Of a stretch of DNA of 64,000 bases, positions 50,385-63,551 are shown in pieces. Where the stretch lies: positions 199,665,764 to 199,729,763 of the forward strand of contig NC_052147.1 of assembly GCF_902713615.1 (NCBI RefSeq), in the 5' to 3' direction. The notes below the pieces were generated by a model, which was given only the letters and a program-made list of their open reading frames with translations, was not told where the DNA came from and made no database searches. Made by a program: the position numbers and the translations under genes. Position 1 is the first letter of the stretch, and the number at the start of each line of letters is the position of its first letter. This stretch comes from Scyliorhinus canicula (Eukaryota).

Positions 50385-50710
50385 TTTTTATTGTTGCTGG
50401 CTGGACCAGCATTTATTGCACATCTCTCATTGCCCTTGAGGGGGCAGTTAAGAATCAACCACATTGCTGCAGGTCTGGAGTCGCATGTAGGCCAGACCAG
50501 TTAAGGATGGCAGATTTCCTTCCCTAAAGGATATTAGTGAACCAGATGTTTTTTTTACGACAATTGACAATAGTTTCTCATTCCAGATTTTTTTATTGAA
50601 TTCAAATTTCACCATCTGTAGCGGCAGGGTTCTAACCTGGGTTCCCAGAGCATTATCCTCGGTTTTTGGTTTATTAATCCAGTGACAATACCACTATGCC
50701 ACCGCCCCCC
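50385..50710 (-). mobile_element. Second-family SINE copy
   Basis: Reverse complement of 60175-60535. Confidence 0.7.
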
Positions 50711-51029
50711 CCATAACTGGGCATCTGTGAGGTACTATGGGCCCTCCGTAGCGGCAGCAGAATTGTGTACAGCAATAATCATGACCCATATTTCCTCACT
50801 CTACCCTTACCATTAAGCCGGGGAATCAATCCTGCTTCACTGAAGTGTGCAGGAGTGCATGCTAGGAGCAGCAGGAGGCATTCCAAAAAATGAGATGTTA
50901 ACCTCGTGAACCTACACCACAGGATGACTTGCATGCCAAACAGCACTTGGTAAACAGAGATAAGCGATCCCACAACCAACAGATGAAATATAAGTTTGCA
51001 GTCCTGCCACATCATTTATGAATGCCGAT

Positions 51030-52660
51030 GAATAATTAAACAACAGGAGGAGGAGGCTCCATAAATATCCCCATCCTCAATAATGGGAGATGCCAGCACA
51101 TCAGTGCAAGTGAAAAGGCTGAAATATTTACAACAGTCCAGCTAGAAATACCAAGTGGATGATCCCCATGTTGGCCTCCTCCACAGGTCCCCAGCATCTT
51201 GGATGCCAATTTCACTCCGTGATATCAGAAAATGGCTGAAGTCATTGAATGCTGCAAAGACAATGCCCCTGATAACATTCCAGCAATACTACTGAAGACC
51301 CGTGCTCCAGAACATGTTGTGCCTCTTGACAAACTGCTTCAGTCCAGCTACAACACTGATATCGACCCAACAAATTTCCCAGGTATGTTCTGTCCACTAA
51401 AAGCAGGACAAATCCAACCCAGTCAATTACTGTCCCAAGTGTTGTACAGTGCTATCAAGCGGCACTTACACAGCAATATAATAACTAATAATCTTTATTA
51501 TTGCCACAATTAGGCTTACATTAATACTGTAATGAAGTTACTGTGAAAATACCCTCGTCGCCACACTCCAGCACCTGTTCAGGCACACTGAGGGAGAATT
51601 CAGAATGCCCAATTCACCTAACAAACATGTCTTTCGTGATTTGTGGGAGGAAACCGGAGCACCCGGAGGAAACCCACGCAGACCCTGGGGGATCTTGCAG
51701 ACTCTGCACAGAGAGTGACCCAAGTGGGAATTGAACCTGGGACCCTGGAGCTGTGAAGCAACAGTGCTAACCGTGCCTGCTCGCTGCTCACTGATGCTGA
51801 GTTTGGGTTCCGCCAGGACCACTTAGCTCCTGACATAATTTCAGCCTATATGGACAAAAGAGCTGAGGTCAAGAGGCCTTAACATCAAGATAGGAATTGA
51901 CATGAGTGTGGCACCAAAGAGCCCTGTTTAAACTGAAGTCAGTGGGAATCTGGCTGGTGGGGAGGACTCACCACTGGTTGGAGACGTACCTAGCACAAAG
52001 GGATGTGGTTTTTGGTTATTGTAGGTCAGTTGTCTCAGTCCCAGGATGTTCCTCGGTGTTTTAGGCCTAACCATCTAATGCTGCCTCCTCCATGACTGAA
52101 ATGGGGATGTTTGCTGATGATTGTGTAATGTCCAGCACCATTTGCAACTCCTCAGATAAGTATCTGTGTCAATATGCAGTAAGACGTGGACAACCTTCGG
52201 GCTTGGGCTGATAAATGGCAAGTAGCATCTATCCTTGACATTCAGTGCCATTACCATTGTTGAATACCTGACTACCGACATTCCAAAGATGTGCGGGTTA
52301 GGTGGATTGGCCATGCTAAATTGCCCGTAGTGGCCTAATAAAAGTAAGGTTAAAGGGGGGGTTGTTGGGTTACGGGTATAGGGTGGATACGTGGGTTTGA
52401 GTAGGGTGATCATGGCTCGGCACAACATTGAGGGCCGAAGGGCCTGTTCTGTGCTGTACTGTTCTATGTTCTATGTTCTATCATGGGAGTTACCATTGAC
52501 CAGTAGCTGAAGTGGATGAGCAGTATAAATGCTGTGGCTACCAGAGCAGGTCAGAGGCTTGGAATTCTGACATCCTCTGGTAGCCACAGCATTTATATTA
52601 CTCGTCCACTTCAGCTTCTGGTCAATGGTAACTCCCAGGATGTCGATAGTCGGGTATTCA
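51030..52660 (+). mobile_element. Decayed CR1-type LINE interrupted by SINEs (51483-51780 minus; 52280-52482 plus) and ending in a fold-back
   Basis: Degenerate RT motifs (PDNIPAILLK; FADD-like TTTGCTGATGAT at ~52110); SINE bodies recognisable; inverted repeat 52484-52637. Confidence 0.65.
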
Positions 52661-52829
52661 GAAACCGGGTGCTCCGGTTTTAGATGGATTGACCATGCTA
52701 AAAAGAAAATACCCCTTAATGTATCCAAAGATGTGCAGGTTAGGGCATAGGGCACATGGAGTGCTCTTTCAGAGGCCCAGTGCAGACTCTTATGAGCCAA
52801 ATTGCTGTCTCCTGCACTGTAGGGATTCT

Positions 52830-53700
52830 ATGGACTTGTTAGACTTTTTTGAAGACGAAACAGAGGGTTGTTGAGGGTAATGTTGTTGATGAGGTGTGCA
52901 TGGACTTCCAAAAGGCATTCGATACAGTGCTGCAGAACAGGCTTTTCAACAAAGTTATAGCTTATTGAATAAATAGGACAGTAGCAACAGGGATCCGAAA
53001 TTTGCTGAGTGACAGGAAGCAGAGAGTAGTGGTTAATGGATGTTTTTGGACTGGAGGACAATTTTGTTGTGGAGCTCTACAGCAGTCAGTATCAGGACCC
53101 TTGCTCTTCCTGATATTTATGACCTCGACTTTAGTGTACAGGGCGCAATTTAAAAATTTGCGGACGGTACAAAACTTGATAGCATTGTGAACTGGGAGAA
53201 GGATAGTGTCAAACTACAAAAGGACATATACAATTTGGTGGAATGGGCAGGCAAGTCGCAAATGCAGTTCAATGCAGAGAAATGTGAAATTATTAATTTT
53301 GGTGGGAAGAACATGGATAGACAATAGAAAACAAAGGGCACTATTTGAAAGGGGGATCAGCAGCAAAGGGAACTGGTGGATATTTGCATAATCCATTGAA
53401 GGTGGCAGGACAGGTTGAGAGTGCGGTTAATGAAGTATACAGTATATTACGCTTTATTAACAGGGACATAAACACTGACTCAACCTCAACTGGAGTATTA
53501 CATCCAGTTCTGGGCACCACACTTTAGGAAATGTGAACACATTGGCGAAAGTGCAGAAAACATTCACAAGAATGTTTCAGGGATGAGGAACTTCAGTTAC
53601 AAAGATAGATTGGAGAAATTGGAACTGTTTTTGTTGGAGAGGAGAATGCCGAAAGGGGATTTGATAGAGGTATTCAAAATCAGGAGCGAGCTGGACAGAG
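52830..53700 (+). mobile_element. Decayed CR1 LINE RT fragment
   Basis: MDFQKAFD (52899-52923), LSDRKQRVVVNG, SGPLLFLIF, QMQFNAEKC motifs with frameshifts. Confidence 0.8.
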
Positions 53701-54049
53701 AATCATAGAATCCCTACAATGCAGAAGGAGGCCATTCGGCCCATCAATCGACCGTCTAAAAGAGCATTCCTCCTAAACCCACTTCCCAGTTTTATCCCCA
53801 AACCTCTTAACCTAATCTGCACATCTTTGGACACTTAAGGGGCAATTTAGCATTGCCAATCCAACTAACCTGTACCTCTTTGGGATGTAGGAGGAAACCA
53901 GAGCACCCAGAGGAAACCCCTGCAGACACTCGGAGAATGTGCAAACTCCACATAGACAAGAGACAGACAGTCACCCAAGACCAGAATTGAATCTAGATCC
54001 CTGGCACTGTGAGGCAGCATTGCTAACCACTGTACCACCGTGCTGCCCC
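53701..54049 (-). mobile_element. HE1-like SINE
   Basis: Reverse complement of the 62211-type SINE. Confidence 0.8.
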
Positions 54050-54179
54050 GGTTATCTGCAATCTGTTAACTTGGTGAAAACCATAGATTAATGCTTGTGA
54101 GCTGCTGATCCAAAATGCTCAGGTTGAGCAATTGAGAAATTGGATACAGCGAGGGTTATAGCCCCAACCATGAGAGGCA

Positions 54180-54735
54180 GTAACAGTAGTACAGTGGGTG
54201 TGCTGGCGTGAGGTACGGTTGTTTAAGCGAGAAGTTAAATTAAAGTACTGCCTGCCCTAAAGTGGTGCAAAAGATTCTCTTAACACTTCAAAGAGCTATA
54301 ATGTTCTCCTGGTGTCCTCAGCAATCACTAAAAATGTTTCTCCTCATCATCAGACTGTTGTTCGTTGGAGCTTGCTGTGTATCAAATGGTTGCAATATTT
54401 CTCACATTACAATTAATAAGTAGGAAAAAACTTAGCACTGGTGGAAAGATTAAGAGCAAGAGAACAAAGATTTAAGGGAGTTGGCAAAAGAAGCAATAGT
54501 GACGTAAAAATGTTCTTCAGGTAGTGAGTGATGAGAAACTGGAATACATTGCCTGAGGTTGTGGTGGAGACAAATTCAATTGATACATTTTAGAAAGGAA
54601 ATTGGATTGTTATCTGAAAAGGAAGAATGTACAGGAAGTAGGTCATGGAGTGATACCAGGTGAATTGTGGAGAGTCAGTATAGACATGACGGGCTGAATG
54701 GCCTCTTGTGATGTAATAATTCAGTGATTCTGTAA
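54180..54735 (+). mobile_element. Deu-SINE remnant followed by CR1 3' tail
   Basis: TTCTCCTGGTGTCC...GGAGCTTGCTGTG (Deu domain), then TGGAATACATTGCC...GGGCTGAATGGCCT. Confidence 0.55.
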
Positions 54736-57608
54736 AGGATGGCATGAGGTTTTTGTTGTTGGAAAGGCAGGACCATAGAAAGGCAATGTGTCGGAAATAG
54801 GCAGTGTAACGATTAAGGAGTTTTAATATGAATTCTCATTATAGTTAAATTTTTATGTTGAGAGCAAATCTTGGTTGCTGCCTTAGTCAGTACCAAGATC
54901 ACGCTGAACCTCTGCAGTCTCTCCACATAGCTGAAGTCCTTCATCCTGGCACCACTCTGATAAATTTTTTTTTGCACCTATTCCAATGCCTTGACATCTT
55001 TCCTAAAGTGTGATGGCCAGCATTTGGCATAATAATCCAATTAATTAGCATAAATAGCATAGTATAAATCACTTGTTAGGCCTCAGATGGATTATTGTGT
55101 CCAATTCTCAGCATCACATTGAATGACATCTCTTTCTCCCTCTAAGAATGGAAAAACTGGACAACAACCCACCTGCTACAGAGTGATTTGGGATTGCCCA
55201 TTTACTTTTTGGTTAGAAATGGTTTATGGTTAGACATGAAGGAGGGGAGAAACCAATTTAGTTTGATTTGCCCTGTAGAACAAAAAGGATTTTGTGCTTG
55301 TTACGCTTATTTAATTCCTGTGTTCTAAATTTTGAATGACATATTTTCAACATAATTCGGTTTAAGGGTTTTGTTATTGTCACATTTATCTCAATGAAGC
55401 ATTCACTTTATTTCAATTCCACCCAAAATATTTATTTTCCTTATTTTGCTTCCTTGCCAATTTATTTCCTTTCCTCTCCCCAAATGCATGGATTTGTAGT
55501 TGGGTACAGTTCCTCAGGCACTGGTGACCATCCAGTATTTAACCTAAGTAACTGCTGCTTATATTTGACCCTGGGTTGATTTTGGCAGGCAGCTTGATTG
55601 CTGAACCTGACCTTGTCTTTCATGATGGCTGCATACATATACTCCCAGCAGGAGTTGCTTCATACTTTTCCCCCCTCTACTCCATAACTTGGGCAGTGAG
55701 GCCAGATATGGCATCCTTAATGCTGCCCTAGCAGACTGGTTACCCCAACACATCAAAATAAAATTGTCACTTTCCTGGTTTCTTTGGCTTGGCTCTTTGT
55801 GATCAGCTTAGTGAACTTTTGGGGTGCCCTATATGCATTCAGTGCTTTCTCATTGCATGGAAATTAGGGTATTTTATCTTATTGATAAAACTTTATTTAA
55901 ATTCTAGAGATGCAAGTACATTAATGTCCTAACAACAAACCTAATGCATGTTGGCCTTATTATCTAACTGTATTCCAGTTCAGTTTGTGTAATTTGTGAA
56001 GCAATCTAGGTCCTGGTTTTGTTTTCATCTGAATGGAAGCCCAGCAAGTCAGTTACTTGGTACGCACAATCTCAGTAGCCCAAAAATGTCAAATAAGGTT
56101 TTGATGGATACATAAAAGTAATTGATACTCAACATAAATTAGATATGGCATTAATGACCAGACAAGCACTTATGGATTCTGCAATCAAATTACATTTTTC
56201 ATTAAGGGAAGAAGTAGTAACATTTTTAATGTATTGAATAAAGAAGCTCTAAATGAGAACATCGTCTCCTCTTGAAAAGCAGTACAACACCTCTTTGATC
56301 TCTTAAGCCCAATCACTTATTGAATTACTTAGTTTTCTTCTTTACTCTCTCTTAAATCTGGAACTTACCCTACAATATCCTGTGACTCTTCATCATTGTT
56401 TCTTAATTGAAAAACTATTTAAAAAGAACGCAATATAGATAATTTATCTACAAGTCAATACTTTAAAACTGGTTTCATTTAGAGATTGTGTTCATTATTA
56501 TATAAATTGTAGAAATTTCTTTGCTTTTCAGTTCACTGTGCAATTCCTGTGAAACTATTGTTAACTCAATCATATGGCGTCTGCAGTTGCTCTGCCCTAT
56601 AATTTCTATATGGCTTTCTTCTGCTTCCTCTTATTTCCGACAAACTAATTCGAGCTATTTAAATACTCTATTGCTCAGTGGAATACCTTTTGTCTGGTTC
56701 TGTAGTCTATTCTGATGTCGGTCTTCATTTGTTTATTTAAATTAAAAAGGAGTCTGCATCTCTTGAATTTAGTAGTGGTGAACCTTTACTTAAACTGAGA
56801 ACTGAAAGTGCAGGACCAAAGCTCACGGTGCAGGAGAGTAACAGAGTTCAATAAAGGAGAAGATAAATCAGGAAGTTGTTATTTCTGTTTCTAACTTATT
56901 CTGGAGTTGGAGGGGATGTAACTTTACCCCACTTTTCTTTGCAGTTTGTTTTCTTGCTGTTCCTTGCACAAACCTCTCTCAAGCCTTGGATTAGGGACAG
57001 GGAGGGGTGGGGGGGGGCGAGCAAAACCACACTGCTTTATGAAGACATTGAATATTTAATGAATCCTTTGTTTTATTTGAGCATTGATTTGGCTCTTTTA
57101 TGAAACATAGAGAATTGTCGAGTGCTGTACAGTATAAAAGGTGGTACCAACTGGAGTGTTTTTCACCTTTCTGTACTTGTAACAAAAATAAATCTGTAGT
57201 TTTTGCAGAGGTGAATATAGGATATATATCCAGATTTACTGTCACTTAGCAGTCCCTGCCATTTTTTTAGGTGGGCTAACATTTTGGTGAGGAGGATACT
57301 TGTACATATGGTGAGATCACATGGTATTTTATAAAGCAGTGTGCCATCAGATTGGCGTCATTTGACCTATTTCATGTTTGCATATACTATTGACACTGTT
57401 CCATTTCAAACAACTTTAAATGGGTTTGCGTTGGAAGTGTATCTCTCCTTCAAATGTTACCCATCTGTTAAGAGGTCACACCTATTATAAAAGGACCAGT
57501 ATATTATGTTCATAGTAATGCACAGTGCAATTCATTTGGACATTGGTCTTCATATCAATAAATATTGTCATTGAATTTTTGTTAACACTTATTTCTCTTT
57601 TAATGCAG

Positions 57609-57650
57609 GCAAAACCTTCCACTATAGAAGTATTAGAAAAAATTGACAAG
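57609..57650 (+). CDS. lnpk: Lunapark second coding exon (AKPSTIEVLEKIDK)
   Basis: Acceptor TGCAG|GCA and donor AAG|GTACAA; 42 nt, phase 0; matches human LNPK TKPSTVEVLESIDK. The gene continues beyond the window. Confidence 0.88.
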
Positions 57651-57995
57651 GTACAATTCTACAATTCTACAATTTTACATTACATAAATAGTGTGCAAGT
57701 TATTTTGGTCTTGTTTTACATGTTATTGTGTTTGCAGTTCAGTAGTATTCTCCCCCGCCCCCCCCCCACCCCTAGGATTATTTTCTACTTAAGATTTCAC
57801 CGCAACTGCTGAACATTTACCAAAGTAAGTATTTTTTGCGTTGAGTGGCCATACCAGGAGTTGACACCTAGCCCCATTTGAGGGTTAGGATTTGGGCAAC
57901 ATTTATTCAATCATTTCTAATAGACCAACAGCCTTAATGGGTTGAGTTCCAAATTTTTTTGCAAGTTATTTGAGTTTTATACATTTCATAAGTTT

Positions 57996-58462
57996 TGAAA
58001 AAAACAAATTTAGAGTGCCCAATTATTTTCTTTTCAATCAAGGGGCAATTTACCGTGGCCAATTCACCTACCCAGCACATCTTTAGGGTTGTGAGAGTGA
58101 GACACACGCAGACATGGGGAAAATGTGCAAACTTTGGGCGGCATGTGGCGCAGTGGTTAGCACTGGGACTGCGGCGCTGAGGACCGGATTTGAATCCTGG
58201 TCCTGGGTCACTGTCCATGTGGAGTTTGCACATTCTCCCTATGTCTGCATGGGTTTCACCCCCACAACCCAAAGATGTGCAGGTGGATTGGCCACGCTAA
58301 ATTGCCTCTTAATTGGAAAAAAAAATAATTGGTTACTCTAAATTTATATAAAAAAAAGAGAATGTGCAAACTCCACATGGACAATGACCCAGGGCCAGGA
58401 TCGAACCCGGGTCCTTGGCGCTGTGAGGGAGCAGTGATAACCACTGCACCACTGTGCTGCCC
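57996..58462. mobile_element. Nested pair of A-tailed HE1-related SINEs (outer minus, inner plus 58134-58360)
   Basis: Outer TSD TACATTTCATAAGTTT (57980-57995 / 58463-58478); inner TSD AATGTGCAAACT (58122-58133 / 58361-58372). Confidence 0.85.
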
Positions 58463-58635
58463 TACATTTCATAAGTTTGTCACTTACTTATGGTTGGACG
58501 ATTAGGAGAAACAAGTTTTTGACAAAAGGATTTCCAAGATATTTTGAGTCACTTCTTCACTGGTTCCCTTTTCTACTTTCCAAGTGTTATTCGCAGTTTA
58601 ATTCTCAATTAGCATATTTTAAACATAGTTGAGTC

Positions 58636-58850
58636 TGTGGCACAGTGGTTAGTACTGTTGCCTCACGGTGCTGAGGATCTGGGTTCGATCCCAGCCCTGG
58701 GTCACTGTCTGTGTGGAGTTTGCACTGTCCGTGTGGAGTTTGCACATTCTCCCTGTGTCTATGTGGGTCTTACCTCCACAACCCAAAAGATGTGCATTGT
58801 AGATGGACTGGCCATGTTAAATTGCCCCTTAATTGGAAAAATTAAAAATT
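58636..58850 (+). mobile_element. A-tailed HE1-related SINE
   Basis: GTGGCACAGTGGTTAG...GGTTCGATCCC...AATTGCCCCTTAATTGGAAAA. Confidence 0.8.
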
Positions 58851-60174
58851 AACTTGAATCTACATGGAAGCTTTTGTTCATAAATACTGCTTTTTAATTG
58901 ATAGATTAACATAGAATTATATTGAATGCGCAGCACAGAAACGGGGGAGCTAGTCCATACCAATTTTAAAGCTCTGCATAAGCTCCCTCCCACACTTTAT
59001 GAAGTTTTAGTAAAGCATCAAGAAATGTGGCAATGTGTGAACTTTTAAACATGCAAACTGGGAGAATGCAATTTGTTTAGCATAAGTGATATTTTTAAAA
59101 AGTCAGGCCCTTGCAATAATGAGTATTTGAACCTCCGAAGCAGGTTAATGAACCATTGGACTACTTGTTTATCAAAGGTTTAACACACACAAAGGCCTGA
59201 AGTAAAAATACAGTTTTTAAAAGCAAATTTGTGAGTTGGAAATTTGAACTTGTCTCTTACAAGTGTGACATATTAGTTTCAAACTTGGAGGGGTAACATT
59301 GCAATAGGATGGATGTATGCATGCAAGATGTACATTTTTATTACTTTTCTGCTGGGCCTCTCTTAACACGAGTTATGTCAGAGGATGCATTATTGTATAA
59401 TGACAGGGAAATAAAACCATGTAACAAAAGATGTTACTCTGTTGTTAAAGTGTAGTTGAGTGCAACTAAAAATGCTCTGCTGTGCTCAACTCAGTTCCAA
59501 GCTGATTTTCATCTTGTTAAAGGTAAAACTTTCCAGTTTTCTATTAGTTTTCAAGGAAGCATGGCCCCTGAGGTTAGTTGAAACTCTCTGGGAATAACCA
59601 GCTTGTGTTTTGCTGGGGTGTTACAGTAGCGTTTCAAAAGTAATAGATAATTTCCTTGTTGATCTCTTGTGAATTGCTTGTGGTAGTCATCCACTAGCTT
59701 CCTTTATTTATCTTTTTCAATTTGTCTATTTTTCTGCATATTGGTAAGAGTAATATACCAGTTATGAGATTGATAAATTTACATTTTGTGAGGTCATAGA
59801 TTTTTAGCAAGTCTGAGCTCTGGAAAATAGGTTTAGAATTTGTTATAAATGGAGTGTGGGGTAGTTGTGAAGTTGGGTAGAAATGGGTGGGGTATCCCTC
59901 CGGTTTGGTAAGATTGCAGGGCTTGAGGTTTTGGAACAAATTCCAGACATTCGCAGCATTGGAGTAGGGATACTGTCCTTTGGTAGTACCGGGGAGGAGT
60001 TCTGGGGTTTGAAACACCTGGTTAAAATGTCTGGTCTTCAATAGAACTGCGAGTCGCAACTTAAGGCTCCTTGTGTCTATTAGAGTTGGGTATGTTCTGG
60101 AGCCAAAATTGGCTGCTAAATTCCTAGGCCTGACAACTCACCAACACAATATCTCTGTCTTTCTAGACCCCACA

Positions 60175-60535
60175 TAGTGGTACGGTCACTGGACTAATAA
60201 TCAGAGACCCGTGGTAATACTGTGGGGACCTGTGTTCAAATCCCACCATGGCAGATGGAGAAATTTGAAAATCTGGAATTAAAGGTCTAACAACCACAAA
60301 ACCATTGTTGATTGTTGTTAAAAACCCATCTGGTTGATTAATGTCCTTTTGGGAAGGAAATCTGCCATCCTTACCTGACCTGGTCTACATATGACTCCAG
60401 ATCCACAGCAGTGAGGTTGACTCTTAAATGTCCTCTAAAATGGCATGGCAAGCCACTCGGTTTGAGAGAGTTCAGGGATGGACAATAAATGATGGCCTTG
60501 CCAGTGACGCTCATATCCCATGAATCAATAAAATA
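60175..60535 (+). mobile_element. Second-family SINE copy
   Basis: tRNA-like head, body shared with the 48962 and 50385 copies, ends CATGAATCAATAAA. Confidence 0.75.
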
Positions 60536-61711
60536 AACTTATCCCCAGGGTATCCTCTCAATCTATTGCTGTTAATTTAACATAACTGCAACAGAACTGA
60601 GTGATGGAAGGGTGTGTCATGGTGATAGCAGCAGATGCAGCTGGAAATGGGCCTCTAACAGCAGTTGGTTGCGAAGTAAGGTCAGACGGGAGTAAATGAG
60701 GCATTCGGGGATTCAGGGCAATAGAAACTATTAGCTTCATGCTTGCTGTCCAACACTGCCCCTTGTCTACATAGCTCGTTATCATTCCTACCGTATCTTG
60801 TCTCACTTCTGTACCATGTTCATTTAAAACTCTGTTACCTAACCCTGGTGCTCTTCAGGAAGCATATTATGCTTGCAGTGAATGTCAGCTGTGTACGTTA
60901 TGACTTTTGGAGAACAAAGAGCTGCTTCTTTGCCACTACAAACCATGACACCATCGTTTGGCGTGTCCCTTGCTCCTCAGTAACCATCACAGTGCGGATT
61001 AACTCTGGTTCAGTGGGACGTGTAGAAGGGCACACGTTAAAATGAAGCCAACTGTATGCTGAAAAGCAGTGGGCTGTAGACAGAGTTAAACATGTCCCAA
61101 TCAACAGATCAGAGCAAAAGACTTTGTTCTGCTGCCTGTATGCAGACTGGTGGTAGACAGCCGAGCAACTAACGGGCAAAAGTGACTCCAAGAGCGTCTC
61201 CTCACCATGGTAGGGTTCATTGTGAGTGCAAAAGGTAAAAGCTGAGATATTTGCAAATGCCTTTTAAGAGGTTGCAGAGTAGTTTTGCAACCTCGATCCT
61301 TTTAGATAGAGTCCCTACCATCATTGATGCCGGTGACCAACAAATTTAGTTATTTCCACATGGCATTAAACAGTAGCTCAATCCAGAAAGCAGAGAGAAA
61401 GCTGTGAGCCCTTGTAGCATAACTATTTTGGTGCTGAGGATCAATTGCTTGAGACTTGGCTGTTCCATTACAGTTATAAAATAGGCATCTACCAGACAAT
61501 GTGGAAGATTGTCCAGATATATCTTCTCAAAAAGAAAAACAAGATGCATCTACCCTGACCAAGTATTAACTCCCTTCAAATCATAAGTAAAGTGTTGGAA
61601 GACTGCAGTAATAGTGCCATTTGGCAACACCCACTTACTGCTTCCAACATATCCTCTCTGTTCTGAACCTCATCACAGCATAGATCCAAACTAAATATAC
61701 AAGTTGAGTTC

Positions 61712-62205
61712 ACAGAATCACAGAATGCTACAGTGCAGAAGAGGCCCTTCAGCCCATTGATGAAAGGCTGTGATCTGCCCACCTAATCCCACTTGCCAGC
61801 ACTTGGCTCATAGCCTTGAATGTTACGGTGTGCAAAGTATTCATCCAGGTACTTTTTAAAGGATGTGAGGTGCCCTGCCTCTACCACCCTCCCAGGAAGT
61901 GCATTCCAGACCGTCACCACTCTCTGGGTAAAAAAGGTTTTCCTCAAATCCCCCCTAACTTCTCAGTTTGAACAGGTGTCCCCTTGTAACTGACCCTTCA
62001 ACTTAGGGGAACAGCTGCTCCCTATCCACTCTGTCCATTCCCCTCATAATCTTGTGCACCTCAAGCAGGTCACCCCCAGTCTTCTCTGCTCCTGAGAAAA
62101 CAGTCCAAGCCTATCCAACCTCTCTTTATGAATCTTCTTTGCACCTCATCAATGCAATTACATCCTTCCTATAATGTGGCGGCCTGAATTACTCACAGTT
62201 CTAGA
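61712..62205 (-). mobile_element. CR1 LINE 3' fragment
   Basis: Tail CACAGAATCACAGAAT; minus strand FFTQRVVTVWNALP-like. Confidence 0.75.
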
Positions 62206-62210
62206 TTTAA

Positions 62211-62557
62211 GGGCAGCACGGTAGTATTGTGGATAGCACAATGGCTTCACAGCTCCAGGGTCCCAGGTTCAATTCCGGCTTGGGTCACTGTCTGTGTGGA
62301 GTCTGCACATCCTTCCCGTGTGTGCGTGGGTTTCCTCCGGGTGCTCCGGTTTCCTCCCACAGTCCAAAGATGTGCAGGTTAGGTGGATTGGCCATGATAA
62401 ATTGCCCTTAGTGTCCAAAATTGCCCTTGGTGTTGGGTGGGGTTACTGGGTTATTGGGATAGGTTGGAGGTGTTGAACTTGGGTAGGGTGCTCTTTCCAA
62501 GAGCCGGTGCAGACTCGATGGGCCAAATGGCCTCCTTCTCCACTGTAAATTCTATGA
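62211..62557 (+). mobile_element. HE1-like SINE, full length
   Basis: GGGCAGCACGGTAG head, GGTTCAATTCC B box, tail CACTGTAAATTCTATGA. Confidence 0.85.
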
Positions 62558-62684
62558 TCTATGCCAGTGACGGCAACTGACCTCTATATCAAGCAGCATT
62601 TTGCCGAATGTGGCTGCAAGGAGTCCTAACAAAACTGAGCTAGTTAGGGTCCTGAGAAAAAGAGAAATTCTCTCCAGGGTTGGA

Positions 62685-63010
62685 GTCAAAGAACAATACA
62701 ACACAGGAACAGACCCATCAGCCTACAAGCCTACCGGTCATGATACCACCCGTGGCCAAAACCCTCAGCACTTCCTTGTGCGTATCCCTCTACCTACCCT
62801 ATCCATATATTTATCGCCATTTTGAATGCCATTAATGTATCTGCTTCCACAACCTCCCCTGGTAATGCATTCTAGGCACTCAATACCCTCTGTTTATTAA
62901 AAAAAAACCTGCCTCGCACATCTCCTCCTCTAAACTTTGCCCCACGGACTTTAAACCTGTGCCCCGTGGTGACTGACCCTTCCACCCTGGGAAAAAGTGC
63001 TGTCCATCCA
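62685..63010 (-). mobile_element. CR1 LINE 3' tail
   Basis: Similar to 49232-49520. Confidence 0.65.
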
Positions 63011-63551
63011 CACAATCCAGTCAATTTTAATGCACAGGAAGATGATTGAGGATGTCCGAGGTTGTTAATTATTGCAGGACCAGGACATTGGTGAAGGAGA
63101 TCCTGAGGGAATCATCTTGTTCGAACCTGCATGTGCTCCAAAAAAATGACCTTTCCTTCATCGTGAGGGCAGGACTTGCGGCTGTTTGCTGACTATTATA
63201 ATAAGTGTTCAACTCCATTCATACATCTGGTGATGAAGTAGTTCATACCAAATTGGGTTGACAAATCCCAGGTACCTTGCATGCCATGGAAGAATCAACA
63301 AGAACACACTTCTGATATACAACTGTATCACCATTGCTGTCTCCCACTGTCAATATCATGTGCAGACCATTGATTAGAATCATTACTGAACCAGCTACAT
63401 GCACACTGACTACAAAGATAGGGTAAAGATCTGTGTACTTTGCAACAAGTAGTTTACCACCTGACTCACCAAAGCAATGTACAATGCTGAAGAATTTTTA
63501 CCTTTCCCTTTCCCACAGGAACAACTTCATCGACCTAATATATAATATAAT

